A stretch of DNA of 64,000 nt from a bacterium (GCA_030530385.1 JAUMVB010000001.1:34577-98576), one strand, 5' to 3'; counted from the first letter of the stretch, positions 48,051 to 58,830 are shown. Notes: generated by a model not told the origin, from the letters alone. Numbers and translations are program-made.

Positions 48051-48663
48051 TATAACGATTTTCGTAATTTTCACTTACCTTATCCCAGTCTAAGACTTCA
48101 AAGAAACTCTTAACATAGTCTCCCCTTAAATTCTTATATTGCAAATAGTAAGCATGCTCCCAAACATCAATACCTAATATAGGAGTGTGTCTTCCCTCTT
48201 CCATCAAGGGATTATTCTGATTTGATGACTTTGTTATATAAAGTCTCCCACCCTGATCAGCGGAAAGGAACGCCCAACCAGAACCGAACTGACTAATAGC
48301 CGTTTTCTCCAAAGACTCTATTAAATTAGCCAAAGAACCAAACTCCCTTTCAATGGCTTCCATTAAAGCTGGGCTGGGCTTAGTTTCATTTTTTGGACTC
48401 ATAATAGAAAAATATAGATTATGATTATAATATCCACCTCCGTTATTTCGTAAAGTATCTCGTAAAGATTCATCAGAAACAGAAGAAAGAGAAGAAAGAA
48501 TTTCCTCTATTGATTTATCAGAGAGACCAGCCTTCTCCACGGCTTCATTAAAATTCTTAGTGTAAGTTGCGTGGTGTTTCTCATAATGAGTCTTCATGGT
48601 TAGTGTATCTATATAAGGCTCTAAAGCACTAAAATCATAATTTAGTTTTACTTGTTTAAACAT
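48040..48663 (-). CDS. sodA: Fe/Mn superoxide dismutase
   Basis: HHxxH in MKTHYEKHHATY and a DVWEHAYY C-terminal motif. Confidence 0.9.
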   Translation of the reverse strand: MFKQVKLNYDFSALEPYIDTLTMKTHYEKHHATYTKNFNEAVEKAGLSDKSIEEILSSLSSVSDESLRDTLRNNGGGYYNHNLYFSIMSPKNETKPSPALMEAIEREFGSLANLIESLEKTAISQFGSGWAFLSADQGGRLYITKSSNQNNPLMEEGRHTPILGIDVWEHAYYLQYKNLRGDYVKSFFEVLDWDKVSENYENRYKTK

Positions 48664-48743
48664 AATTTTCCTCCTTGGAATTATTCTTTATTTATAATAT
48701 TTCAATACTCTCAATTGTTTACAACATAAAGTATATAAGTAAT

Positions 48744-50174
48744 CTATAAAATCATTTTTAATCTTACTAGTTCAAATTTATCATCTTTTTTCTGTCTAAA
48801 ACCATAGATAAATTTTTCGTCTCTTGATAGTATGGCGCCAAAATCGTGAGAGCATTCTAGAACACTATGAACGTTAGACCCATCAAAATCACGCAAGGTA
48901 ATCTTGTCATTTTTAAAATTATATAGAATGAAATTATCAAGCCAAGAAAGATCCCCACTAGCTATATCATACTTACTATTAGTCTCAATATCGTAAGTGG
49001 CCGTTTTATCATTCGAAAAAGCACTAATAATTCGGCCTTCTTGGTTTAAATTAATACCAGTTGGCTCAAAATCAAACTCTACCTTTTTAACAAGCTTAGG
49101 TTTATTTGTCCCTACCCAATCAGATCCTTTATAAATTTGGAGTTTTTTATTAGCTAAAGTATGAACGTAGTTTTCGTTATAATATCTACTAATGGCAATT
49201 TTCGGCAAAGAACTATTATCTTTTGATAAAATTACGGACTGCTTCCCTTTCTCAAAAATGCCAACAGAGAATACTCCTTCTTTCTCCTGCTGAATAAAAG
49301 ACAATACACTATCATTATAATTTTCAAAATCTACAATATCATTCAATAAATTAGCAGATATAGTCATCCTATCAAAATCTAACTCTCGAAGTGCTTTTTC
49401 GGATAAAACATAGAACTTAGAATAATCTCTGTTTAATGGCCGTATCTTAGAAAAATTAAGACCAAAATTATCATTTAGATTCACCGATTTAGAGCTGTCA
49501 TTAAAATCAGCCAAAATCCATTTCTGAGAATCATCCTTTTTCCATCTCAAAATTGCTCGAGTAGCGTTTTCGCTTAGATTTTCAATAGTTAAATAGCTAG
49601 CAATTCCCTGTAAATATTTCTCTCCGTCCGCTAAATTTCTATCAAAAAGTTTTTCAGGAAGACTAATTTCAGAAATCTTTGGAGATTCTCCAAATTCGAC
49701 AATCCAAAATTTAGCTATACCCACAGAATCTTCACCAATAATTAGTGCCTTTTTATTATCGACTGAATATTTAACAGCTTTCACGTTTTCAATATTAAAA
49801 AATGATTGAACTTTTTTCTCTTTCGGTATCAATCGTGCATAATTCAACCATAGAATCCGCCCACCCCTCACGGAAGTCTTCCTATACCAAGTCTCATACC
49901 CTTCGCGCCAAATCTTAAACTCATATTCACCTGGAATCACTTGAGACTTAGTAGTAGTCTTTTCGTTTAAAGTTTTTTTACCAATCTCAACAGTAGCGCC
50001 ACTTATATTTGAAGCAAATTGAACCAAGCCAGTCTGAACTGTTTCACCTTTAGAATTAATAACCCATCCCTGAATAACAAAAACTAGAACAACTACCAGC
50101 AAGAACACTGTACATATAGTTAAAAAGTTTTTTAGGATAATCATCAGGTTTTGGTGATTTTTTTGCTCATACAT
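48744..50174 (-). CDS. Hypothetical membrane-anchored protein with an N-terminal PEGA-like beta domain
   Basis: A TM helix followed by ...ATVEIGKK...IPGEYEFKIWREGYETW, a PEGA-like motif. Confidence 0.45.
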   Translation of the reverse strand: MYEQKNHQNLMIILKNFLTICTVFLLVVVLVFVIQGWVINSKGETVQTGLVQFASNISGATVEIGKKTLNEKTTTKSQVIPGEYEFKIWREGYETWYRKTSVRGGRILWLNYARLIPKEKKVQSFFNIENVKAVKYSVDNKKALIIGEDSVGIAKFWIVEFGESPKISEISLPEKLFDRNLADGEKYLQGIASYLTIENLSENATRAILRWKKDDSQKWILADFNDSSKSVNLNDNFGLNFSKIRPLNRDYSKFYVLSEKALRELDFDRMTISANLLNDIVDFENYNDSVLSFIQQEKEGVFSVGIFEKGKQSVILSKDNSSLPKIAISRYYNENYVHTLANKKLQIYKGSDWVGTNKPKLVKKVEFDFEPTGINLNQEGRIISAFSNDKTATYDIETNSKYDIASGDLSWLDNFILYNFKNDKITLRDFDGSNVHSVLECSHDFGAILSRDEKFIYGFRQKKDDKFELVRLKMIL

Positions 50175-50209
50175 AACAAAAATATTATACCATATTTATC
50201 TTAATAGCG

Positions 50210-51151
50210 CTAATCTCTATGTAATATTTTAGAAATTTCGATCGCTGCTTTTGCTCCACTTGCTGCCGCTATAACTAGTTGGCGCTCCGCATTCTCTATA
50301 GCATCTCCGCTCGCAAAAATATTCTTTAATGAAGTACTAAATTTATCATCAACAACAATCTCTCCACGTTGATTTAGTTCTATACCGGAACCCTCAAGAA
50401 ACTTCGTTTGAGGATCCAGGCCAATAAACTCAAAAATTGCTGCCGCTGGAATATTAAATTCACGAGTGTTACCATCAAGATGCTGACAAGCTCTTACGCC
50501 AATTATTTTATCTCCTAAATTGAGTTCTTCAACCAAAAGTTCCTCAATCTCGGTACCTAAAAATATCTCGATTTTTCCTTCATTAACTGCTTTTTGCAAC
50601 CGTTTTTGTAAAATATCCTGAGCTTTTATATCAGTCCTGACAAGCATTTTGACTTTTGACGCAAATCTACTCAAAAACAAAGCTTCTTGAACAGCTGCAT
50701 TTCCACCGCCAACTGTAATTACTTCTTTCCCAGCATAAAACGCCCCATCGCAAGTAGCACAAAAATGAATTCCACGACCGATAAATTCATCCTCGCGAGA
50801 CAATCCAAGTTTACGATAAGAATTACCGACCGCTAAAAGAACTGTACGCGCCTCAAGATAATCTCCGTCGACCTTCATACTAACTCTATCTCCTAGATCC
50901 CGAATTTCCGTAACCTCTCCATAATCAACTATAGCACCAAATTTTTCAGCTTGTTCTCTCATTTTTCGACCAAGATCAATCCCAGAAATACCATCTTCAA
51001 AGCCTGGATAATTCTCAACAAGTTCTGAAGTTGAAATAATTCCACCGATAACTTCTTTCTCAAAAACTCTAACGCTTAAACCATCTCGAGCAGCATAAAT
51101 CGCCGCGGAAAGAGCTGACGGGCCAGCACCAACAATAACTAAATCTATCAC
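50210..51151 (-). CDS. trxB: Thioredoxin reductase
   Basis: FAD-binding GAGPSA and the redox-active CATCDG. Confidence 0.9.
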   Translation of the reverse strand: MIDLVIVGAGPSALSAAIYAARDGLSVRVFEKEVIGGIISTSELVENYPGFEDGISGIDLGRKMREQAEKFGAIVDYGEVTEIRDLGDRVSMKVDGDYLEARTVLLAVGNSYRKLGLSREDEFIGRGIHFCATCDGAFYAGKEVITVGGGNAAVQEALFLSRFASKVKMLVRTDIKAQDILQKRLQKAVNEGKIEIFLGTEIEELLVEELNLGDKIIGVRACQHLDGNTREFNIPAAAIFEFIGLDPQTKFLEGSGIELNQRGEIVVDDKFSTSLKNIFASGDAIENAERQLVIAAASGAKAAIEISKILHRD

Positions 51152-51160
51152 TTCTACCTC

Positions 51161-51835
51161 CTAAAATTTAGTATAATCTGGATAATCAATATCTTTCACT
51201 TCTGATGCGGGGATAACCATAACTATAAACTTTAATGGTGTATTTGGAGGAATAGTTTTAGATTTATCAGCACTATTACTTCCAGCAGCACCATAAGCCT
51301 TATCTGAAGGAATTGTGATTTCACGAATGCCACCAATCTTCATACCTCTTAAACCTTCCGTCCAACCATCAATCATCTTACTGCCTTTAGAAATTTTCAA
51401 AGGAGATTTTAAAGCACCTTTACTAAAGCTTCCGTCAAAAACTGTACCATCTGGCTTCCAACCGACATAGTATGCCGCATATTCTTGCGCAATCTCCTCG
51501 CCATCACCAGCCTTTAGATCTGTAGTTTTTAATTCTTTCACGCTCGAAGCATTAAATGCGCTTGGATATTTTTCATATTCCTTGAAAGAGTCGTAGTATT
51601 TCGCCGATAGTTCTTTTCCTTGCGCTTCAATTTTAGCTTGATATTCTTTATAAGCTTTTTGATATTTAGCTATTCTATCTTGCTGAACTTTAGCATCAGC
51701 GGTTTCATTTTTATTAGCTAAAAGACTACCGACATAGAGAGCTGCAGTCGACACGATTGTTAAAATCAAAATTGTCCAGATAGCAATCCTCTGTCCTCGG
51801 CTAGTTCCAGTTTGTAAAGTTTTTTTCTTTGACAT
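51161..51835 (-). CDS. Membrane-anchored FKBP-type peptidyl-prolyl isomerase
   Basis: An N-terminal TM helix, a coiled-coil linker, and an FKBP domain (GTVFDGSF...IDGWTEGLRGMKIGG). Confidence 0.8.
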   Translation of the reverse strand: MSKKKTLQTGTSRGQRIAIWTILILTIVSTAALYVGSLLANKNETADAKVQQDRIAKYQKAYKEYQAKIEAQGKELSAKYYDSFKEYEKYPSAFNASSVKELKTTDLKAGDGEEIAQEYAAYYVGWKPDGTVFDGSFSKGALKSPLKISKGSKMIDGWTEGLRGMKIGGIREITIPSDKAYGAAGSNSADKSKTIPPNTPLKFIVMVIPASEVKDIDYPDYTKF

Positions 51836-51843
51836 TTTCCTCC

Positions 51844-54330
51844 TTAGATTATTTCTGCATTTAGTTTTTTACCAGCTTCTTGCTCAATTTGTTTCATAAT
51901 TTGCTGAATTTCATCGCCGCTTAAAGTCTTATTAAAAGGCGTAATCTTAAAGCGCAAAGCAACATTTTTTGTTTTTTCATCAACCTTATAAATGTCTATA
52001 GGTGATATTTCTACTAAAACTTCATCACCAAAAGTTTGGCATTTTTCACGCAAAGTTTCAAAAATCTGTGCAAACGCTAGCCTTCGCGAAACACGCAAGC
52101 TAATATCGCGCTCAACACTCTGAAATTTAGATATTCTGCGCAAAGATTTTTTATTATTAATAATCCTTAACAATTTTTCTAGATTAATCTCAAATCCAGC
52201 AGAGTTTTCTGGCAATTTCAAATTTTTCTGAACTGATTTTTTAAATTCACCAATAGCGCCTAAAAGCTGCTTAGATCCATCCTCTTCAAAAGTCAAAATT
52301 GCAGCTCGCTTAGGTTCAAACTGAGTCGCAAGCGGAGCGAAATCTATATTAAATTTTTCAAAACTTACCTGAACACCAAGCTTACTAAATATAAAATTAG
52401 CATAGTTTTTCACTTCATAAAACGCGCCCTCGCCCTTTTTGTTAGCATAAACAAACGCCATACGTTGTGATTCATTCGGCACATTTTCATCATTCAGGCC
52501 TAATAATTTATGTGTCGTTTTATTAATCTCGAAAATTGAGAATTCATCAAAACCAGCACGAATATTTTGATTAACTTTCGCTAGCAAACTCGGTAAAATT
52601 GTCTGTCGGTAAAATTGCAAATCTGGTGAGATCGAATTAACGATCTTGTATGAATTTTGTGGATTCTGCCCGACCTTTTCAATCAAATCTCCATGCACAA
52701 AACTATACGTCAAAACTTCGTTGGCACCACTTGCGGCCAAAATTTCACGAATCTGTTTTTTTAACAAATCAATTTCAGCCAATTTTGCAGCTCTAAAAGT
52801 TCGTCGTGGCAATTGAAGCGGAATCTCATCATATCCATTCAAACGACCAATTTCTTCAATTAGATCTTCTTCGATATGGATATCAGTCCGCCAAAACGGA
52901 GCAATGAATTTATCCCGACCAAAGCTTTCAAAGCCAACATTCTCAAGAGTTTGAGTAATTTCTTCTTGAGAAAAATCTTTTCCGAGAACTTTGTTTGCGC
53001 ATTTTACAGAAATTGGGCTTCTTTCAAAATTTACAGATTCAGCAATAGATACGATTTGTGAAATTTTCTCACCACCATTTTTTTCAAAACGAGCGATAAA
53101 TTCATCTAAAACTGGCAAAACTGCACCAGCTGGCTGACCTTTCGTAAATCGCGTAATCGCTTCTGAAAAAATTCCATGACGCATCTGAGTATTACGTAAA
53201 TCATAAAGATTAAAAGTAGCGCTCTCTACTAAAATCCGTGTCGTATTTTCATCAATCGCTGTTGATTTACCGCCCATCGCTCCAGCTAAAGCAACAGCAG
53301 CTTCTGCATTTTGCCCTGTTGCAATCACGATATCATTTTCACTCATTAAGATTTTTTTGCCATCCAGAAGTTCCAATTCTTCGTCCCGTAAAGCTCTACG
53401 AACCGTTAATTTAACATTTTCACCGCCATTTATTCTAGCTAACTTATCAAAGTCAAAAGTGTGAAGCGGCTGAGCAGATTCGAGCATAAGCTCATTTGCT
53501 AAATCTGTAATTGCGTCAATTGGTCGCATACCCGACCGTAAAAGATAAGTTTTTTCAACTGTTAAAGCTGGATTTTTCAAAATTTTTGAAGCATCTAAAA
53601 TTACTGCCGAATATTTTTCGCAAATTCCAGAATCTTTAATTTCTACCTCAATATTTACAGCTTTAGATGATTGATTCTCTCTCTCAAAATACCAATCCGG
53701 ATTTTTAAATTTTTGACCCAAAATTCCCGCAACTTCACGAGCAAAACCAATAATTCCAAAACAATCTGGGCGATGAGTTAGGCTTTTATTTTCAACTTCA
53801 AGCAGAAAATCATTTAATTCAAACTTCTCCGCAAAATAATCACCAGCTTGAATGTCGTCTTCAAAAACCTCTGGTGAAATTTCAAGAATGCCATCATGTT
53901 CGTCGCCCAAACCAAGCTCACGAAGACTCGCAATCATTCCGTTGCTCATATAGCCCATCAGTTTTCGTGCGCCAAGCTTAAAGTTTTCACCACCAAAAGT
54001 TTCTGGCACGATCGATTCTGGTGGAAGCCAAGCCACAAAAATACCAGCCCGTACATTTGGTGCACCGCAAACCACCTGAATAAACCCATCTTCATCTCGA
54101 GCAATATTTTCCCTAACACCACCATCATCAATCTTACATAAATTTAGGTGATCAGAATTTTCAACTTTTTGCGCAGAAACAACCTTGGCAATAATCACAT
54201 TTTTATACTTTTCGCCCAAATTTTCAATACTTTCAATTTCAACCAGCCTTGCACCAATCAATTTCGAAAGTTCACCAATATCTGGCAAATCTGGAACAAA
54301 TTTTTTAAGCCAATTTACTGAAATTATCAT
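51844..54330 (-). CDS. pheT: Phenylalanyl-tRNA synthetase beta subunit
   Basis: An N-terminal tRNA-binding domain plus B3/4, B5 and FDX-ACB domains. 828 aa. Confidence 0.9.
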   Translation of the reverse strand: MIISVNWLKKFVPDLPDIGELSKLIGARLVEIESIENLGEKYKNVIIAKVVSAQKVENSDHLNLCKIDDGGVRENIARDEDGFIQVVCGAPNVRAGIFVAWLPPESIVPETFGGENFKLGARKLMGYMSNGMIASLRELGLGDEHDGILEISPEVFEDDIQAGDYFAEKFELNDFLLEVENKSLTHRPDCFGIIGFAREVAGILGQKFKNPDWYFERENQSSKAVNIEVEIKDSGICEKYSAVILDASKILKNPALTVEKTYLLRSGMRPIDAITDLANELMLESAQPLHTFDFDKLARINGGENVKLTVRRALRDEELELLDGKKILMSENDIVIATGQNAEAAVALAGAMGGKSTAIDENTTRILVESATFNLYDLRNTQMRHGIFSEAITRFTKGQPAGAVLPVLDEFIARFEKNGGEKISQIVSIAESVNFERSPISVKCANKVLGKDFSQEEITQTLENVGFESFGRDKFIAPFWRTDIHIEEDLIEEIGRLNGYDEIPLQLPRRTFRAAKLAEIDLLKKQIREILAASGANEVLTYSFVHGDLIEKVGQNPQNSYKIVNSISPDLQFYRQTILPSLLAKVNQNIRAGFDEFSIFEINKTTHKLLGLNDENVPNESQRMAFVYANKKGEGAFYEVKNYANFIFSKLGVQVSFEKFNIDFAPLATQFEPKRAAILTFEEDGSKQLLGAIGEFKKSVQKNLKLPENSAGFEINLEKLLRIINNKKSLRRISKFQSVERDISLRVSRRLAFAQIFETLREKCQTFGDEVLVEISPIDIYKVDEKTKNVALRFKITPFNKTLSGDEIQQIMKQIEQEAGKKLNAEII

Positions 54331-54911
54331 TTATCACTCCTTAAAATTTCTTCTAAAACCGCAGGTTGATTTTTTTCAAAAAAATGCCGACCTGATCCTT
54401 CTATAATTCTATAATTAGCATCTTTCAATTTTGATTTTATTTTTTCGATCGACATAAGTACCTCTACAACCTCGTGTTCAGCCTCTAGCAAGATTATATC
54501 TTCTAAGACTTTTTCATAAATACTATCGTTAAGATTAAAATTGAAAAAGGATTCATCAAATTCATATCTGTCTTTATCATTATCAAAAGTCCCAATCCAT
54601 GGTGCAAGTAAGACTAGTTTTCTAACCCGAATATTATTTTCGCTCAAATATCTAAGTAAAAATCCACCGCCACAAGACCAGCCAACCAAAATAGTTTCTT
54701 CGTCTAATTCAAATCTTTCAAGCTCCTTTTTCCAAATTTCATAATCCGGTGCGTAAGAATTAGGCATTTCAATAGCAATAGGATGAATTCCTCTAACCAT
54801 CAGCTGCTTAGACAGCCAAGGAATAAAAGCCGCATTACTTGGCGAAGGCCTATCTAGCTGTTTCCAATCTTCAAATTTTGACCATCCATGAATAATAATA
54901 GCCTTCTTCAC
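54327..54911 (-). CDS. Alpha/beta hydrolase (YdeN/RBBP9-like serine hydrolase) inserted between pheS and pheT
   Basis: HGW and the GWSCGG nucleophile motif. 4-nt overlap with pheT. Confidence 0.6.
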   Translation of the reverse strand: MKKAIIIHGWSKFEDWKQLDRPSPSNAAFIPWLSKQLMVRGIHPIAIEMPNSYAPDYEIWKKELERFELDEETILVGWSCGGGFLLRYLSENNIRVRKLVLLAPWIGTFDNDKDRYEFDESFFNFNLNDSIYEKVLEDIILLEAEHEVVEVLMSIEKIKSKLKDANYRIIEGSGRHFFEKNQPAVLEEILRSDK

Positions 54912-55931
54912 CTAAAACTCCTTTAAAAATTCTAACTTTGCGCTTTCAAAATAACGAATATCCGAAATCCCATATTTAAGCATTACGAGGCGCTCAATTC
55001 CCCCACCCCAAGCAAAACCACGATATTTTTTACTATCAATTCCGGCAGCTTCGAGCACATTTGGATGAATCATTCCGCAGCCAAGCATCTCAAGCCATTC
55101 ACCTTTTTTGCCGCCAAGCGCCTCAGGTTTCTCAATCAAAAATTCAAGACTAGGTTCGGTAAATGGAAAATAGCCCGGCTGAGTGCGAATTTCTAGTTTT
55201 TGGCCATAGTATTCTTCAAAAAAAGCGTGAAGTGTACCAAGCATTTGTGCTAAGTTTGCAGTTTTACTCACAAAAACGCCCTCGCATTGATAAAAAGTAT
55301 GCTCATGCGTAGCGTCTAAATCTTCATTCCTAAAAACTCGCCCATAAGAAACATGCGCAATTTGCCCCTCTTCTTCAAGTTGTTTTTTGCCATATTTCAA
55401 AACACGGTTCTGCATTGTTGAAGTGTGAGCTGGCGGAATAAAGTTTTCTTCAGTTCGAAAAGTATCGTAGCCATCTCGTGCTGGGTGGTTATCAGGGAAA
55501 TTTAACGCACCAAACATATTCCAATCATTATCGATCTGGCGAGATTCTACCGCTTCAAAACCCATTCGCGTATAAATATCAATTACTTTTTCAAGCTCTT
55601 TTTGGAGTGGATGTTTCGAACCATTTTTTGCACTCAAAAGTTGCGGTTTTCGAGAAATTTTATCGCGAGAGCTTTCTGCAAAAGGTGCTGAAATATCAAT
55701 CTCTTCAACTTCAGCATTTTCTTTTTCTTCAAGTTTTTTCGAAACTTCAGCCTGAATTTCATTTTTCAAATCATTCACTTTTGCGCCAAATTCACCTTTT
55801 TGTTCATTTGGTAGAGTTGGAATAATTTTATAAAGTTCTTTAATTTTTGGCGACTTCAAAATATCGCTCGGGTTTTCGAGTGCCTGAAGCTCCGCCAAAA
55901 GTTCATTTCTAATCTGTTGAATTTGTTCCAT
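54912..55931 (-). CDS. pheS: Phenylalanyl-tRNA synthetase alpha subunit
   Basis: Class II motifs (FRNE, GFAWGGGIERL). Confidence 0.9.
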   Translation of the reverse strand: MEQIQQIRNELLAELQALENPSDILKSPKIKELYKIIPTLPNEQKGEFGAKVNDLKNEIQAEVSKKLEEKENAEVEEIDISAPFAESSRDKISRKPQLLSAKNGSKHPLQKELEKVIDIYTRMGFEAVESRQIDNDWNMFGALNFPDNHPARDGYDTFRTEENFIPPAHTSTMQNRVLKYGKKQLEEEGQIAHVSYGRVFRNEDLDATHEHTFYQCEGVFVSKTANLAQMLGTLHAFFEEYYGQKLEIRTQPGYFPFTEPSLEFLIEKPEALGGKKGEWLEMLGCGMIHPNVLEAAGIDSKKYRGFAWGGGIERLVMLKYGISDIRYFESAKLEFLKEF

Positions 55932-56020
55932 AACTACTTATAATTCTACCACAAAAACAGTAAAAAGTCGATTCTTCAAACTTTTATTTATAATCTGCAA
56001 CACGCTTAGAATGTGTCAAT

Positions 56021-56872
56021 TTATTTTTCAATTAGCTCAAGCGTAGAATCAACAATTGAATATTCCATTAATATTCTGGAAACTACACGCCGGATCTTAC
56101 CTAGATCGCTCAATCTATCAACAAAAAGCCTTGCTGTAAAAACATTTAATTCTCCATCAAGACTCCAAAAATGAATACTATCAATTTTCTTTACTTCTGG
56201 AATTTTCATAATTTCTATTTTTATAGTTTTTAGGTCTTTTTCATCGGGAGCCGCTTGAAGTAAAACACCAACTATTCGCCAAATATTTTCTAGCGCATTC
56301 CAAACTACAATCATTAAAATCAAAATAGACACAATCTGATCAAGCTGATGTACACCGGTGAATCCAATTAATACGGCAGTTAAAAAGCTCAAAACCCAAC
56401 CCAATAAATCCTCAAGCAAGTGAGTGAAAACTGTTTTATCTAAAATATTTTTTGAGCCATATACACGCAAGGCAGCAATCAAATTAAACACTATACCTAA
56501 AATAGATACCACTAAAAGACCTGGAATATTTACATAAGGGTGCTTGTGAGAAAATACAACCTCAAAATACAGCCATTTAGCAATTTGCCACGAGCCAAAA
56601 AGGAGAACGGCAGAATTCAAAATCGCGCCAAATACAACAAGCCTACGAAAACCATAAGAATATTTAAGCGTTGGCTTTCTTCGGGATATCTTATCTACAA
56701 TCAATGAAGTTGATAACAATAAAACATCACCTAAATCATGAAGTGCATCGGCGAGAATAATTTTAGAGTTAAACCAATTACCGCATATCAATTCTACGAC
56801 AAAAAATACTAAATTAAGTAAAATCGCAACGGTTAAATTTCTTCCAGACTTATGAGTATGACAGTGCTGCAT
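56021..56872 (-). CDS. Cation diffusion facilitator family metal efflux transporter
   Basis: Six TM helices with HDLGD/HLLEDLLG metal sites and a C-terminal cytoplasmic domain. Confidence 0.8.
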   Translation of the reverse strand: MQHCHTHKSGRNLTVAILLNLVFFVVELICGNWFNSKIILADALHDLGDVLLLSTSLIVDKISRRKPTLKYSYGFRRLVVFGAILNSAVLLFGSWQIAKWLYFEVVFSHKHPYVNIPGLLVVSILGIVFNLIAALRVYGSKNILDKTVFTHLLEDLLGWVLSFLTAVLIGFTGVHQLDQIVSILILMIVVWNALENIWRIVGVLLQAAPDEKDLKTIKIEIMKIPEVKKIDSIHFWSLDGELNVFTARLFVDRLSDLGKIRRVVSRILMEYSIVDSTLELIEK

Positions 56873-56876
56873 TAGA

Positions 56877-57647
56877 CTATTCCATTGTCAGAATTTCAAC
56901 GCCATCCTTAGTTACTAAAACCGTATGCTCAAAATGACATCCAATAGATCCGTCATGAGTCAAAACATCCCAACCATTGTCTGTTTCATTAAAATCAACC
57001 TTCCAACCGCCGAGAGTTACCATAGGTTCAATACAAAAAGTATCACCTTCATAAAAAGTTTCCCCAGTACCTTTGTGGCCCTGATTCGGGACTTCTGGAC
57101 TTTCGTGCATCGTCTTACCGATACCATGACCAACTAGTTCTCGGATATTGCCAAGCTTGGCCTTTTTTAGTGATTTTTCAACGGCGTAGCCAATATCACC
57201 CGTTTTTACACCAGGCTTAACAACTGAAATTCCTGCCAAAAGAGCTTTTTGAGTTTCATTTAATAGAAATTTAACCGCACCCTTTGGCTCCTCGCCAACT
57301 ACCGTCGTGACACACGAATCTGTCATCATACCTTTATATTCAATAACCATATCAAAAGAAACCACATCCCCCTTTTTAAAAGGGACGTCGCTCGGCGCAC
57401 CATGAACAATACAATCGTTACTAGAAATACAAACTACACCTGGAAAATTTACATCTGGTGTTAAATAAGCCGACTTCGCGCCATATTGTTTAATTTTTTT
57501 CCGAGCAAATTCATCAACCTCAAGACCAGTCATGCCAGGCTTCACAAATTCAGTCAGCTCACGTAAAATTCGCGCAAGAATCTTTCCACCTTCACGCATT
57601 GCTTGAATTTGCGCTTCAGTTTTATTTCCAGTAATTAAATTTCGCAC
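56877..57647 (-). CDS. map: Methionine aminopeptidase type I
   Basis: Pita-bread fold motifs (HGIG, FCIEPM). Confidence 0.9.
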   Translation of the reverse strand: MRNLITGNKTEAQIQAMREGGKILARILRELTEFVKPGMTGLEVDEFARKKIKQYGAKSAYLTPDVNFPGVVCISSNDCIVHGAPSDVPFKKGDVVSFDMVIEYKGMMTDSCVTTVVGEEPKGAVKFLLNETQKALLAGISVVKPGVKTGDIGYAVEKSLKKAKLGNIRELVGHGIGKTMHESPEVPNQGHKGTGETFYEGDTFCIEPMVTLGGWKVDFNETDNGWDVLTHDGSIGCHFEHTVLVTKDGVEILTME

Positions 57648-58183
57648 GATTCAATTTCCTCCATGATTCGGTCATGAACTTGCCCAACCGTACCAGTTCC
57701 ATCAATATGAGCAATTTTTACGCCATTTTCATTAAAATAATTCAAAACTGGATACATTTCTTGGCGATAAATTCGAAGTCGTTCATCAATAACATCTGGA
57801 GTATCATCAAGCCGACCACGAATTTCAAGCCGGCGCATCAATTCACTGCGCGGAACCTCTAGAACGATCACCAAATCAACATTTCGACCGTGATTTTGCT
57901 TATTCTCAATCAACCATTTCGCCTGAGCAAGCTGGCGTGGGTAGCCATCAAGAATAACTTGTTTAACATTTTTGCTATTTGCACGATCAAGAGCTTCGCC
58001 CATAACGCGATTAACGATTTCTGGGTCAACTAACTTTCCTGTACTCATCTGCGCAAGAAGTTCAGGATCTTTGCTATCGCGCAAAAGCTGGCCTGCACCA
58101 AGCCAGCGCCAATCATTTCGTGCGGCCAATAAATTACCTTGAACACTTTTACCAGCACCCGCTGGACCAAAAAATACAATCAT
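57635..58183 (-). CDS. adk: Adenylate kinase (short form)
   Basis: P-loop GPAGAGKSVQG and GYPRQLAQAKWL. It overlaps map by 13 nt. Confidence 0.85.
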   Translation of the reverse strand: MIVFFGPAGAGKSVQGNLLAARNDWRWLGAGQLLRDSKDPELLAQMSTGKLVDPEIVNRVMGEALDRANSKNVKQVILDGYPRQLAQAKWLIENKQNHGRNVDLVIVLEVPRSELMRRLEIRGRLDDTPDVIDERLRIYRQEMYPVLNYFNENGVKIAHIDGTGTVGQVHDRIMEEIESCEI

Positions 58184-58221
58184 TTTTTACCTTTTCTGTC
58201 TTAAATTATATCTAAAATCTA

Positions 58222-58791
58222 TTATATCACTATTTTTGAAACTTTACAGTTCTCTAGTTTATCTTTTGCGAATTTTTCTATCAAATCTTCACAAATTTCA
58301 AAAATCTGGGGTAGTTTTTCGCTTTCGTTTTTCGAAAATTTTGCAAGAACAAAATTCATCGTGCCGATTGTTGGCAAAAAATCATTAGCGATGCCAATTT
58401 TAATTCTTGGAAAATCTTCACCAAAAACCGAAATTAAAGATTTCAAACCATTATTTCCGGCCGAGCTTCCGCTTTTTCGAACACGAACCACACCAAAATC
58501 TAAATCAAGATCATCATGAACGGCCAAAAAATCTTTTCGAAAATCCACTTTATAAAAATCGCAAATTGCTCGTGCTGAAAATCCAGTTTCGTTATAAAAA
58601 GTTGTTGGTTTAACAAGCAAAACTTTCTCACTAAAAAGCAGAATCTCGGCAATAAAGGCTTTAAATTTTGGCTTTTCTTGAAATTTTGCATTAAATTTTT
58701 TTGCTAAATAATCTGCAAAATTAAAGCCGAGATTGTGGCGAGTTCCGTTGTATTTTTCGGGGAAATTACCTTGAAAAAGTATGACTTTCAT
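58222..58791 (-). CDS. pth: Peptidyl-tRNA hydrolase
   Basis: GNFPEKYNGTRHNLGF is the Pth N-terminal motif. Confidence 0.9.
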   Translation of the reverse strand: MKVILFQGNFPEKYNGTRHNLGFNFADYLAKKFNAKFQEKPKFKAFIAEILLFSEKVLLVKPTTFYNETGFSARAICDFYKVDFRKDFLAVHDDLDLDFGVVRVRKSGSSAGNNGLKSLISVFGEDFPRIKIGIANDFLPTIGTMNFVLAKFSKNESEKLPQIFEICEDLIEKFAKDKLENCKVSKIVI

Positions 58792-58798
58792 TTTATCC

Positions 58799-58826
58799 TT
58801 TCGAAAATCGCCCCAAGCGCGGGGCG
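58799..58826 (-). terminator. GC-rich intrinsic terminator after der
   Basis: Reverse-complement reading gives tcgccccgcgcttggggcga followed by TTTTCG. The hairpin stands out in the AT-rich background. Confidence 0.65.
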
Positions 58827-58830
58827 AAAT

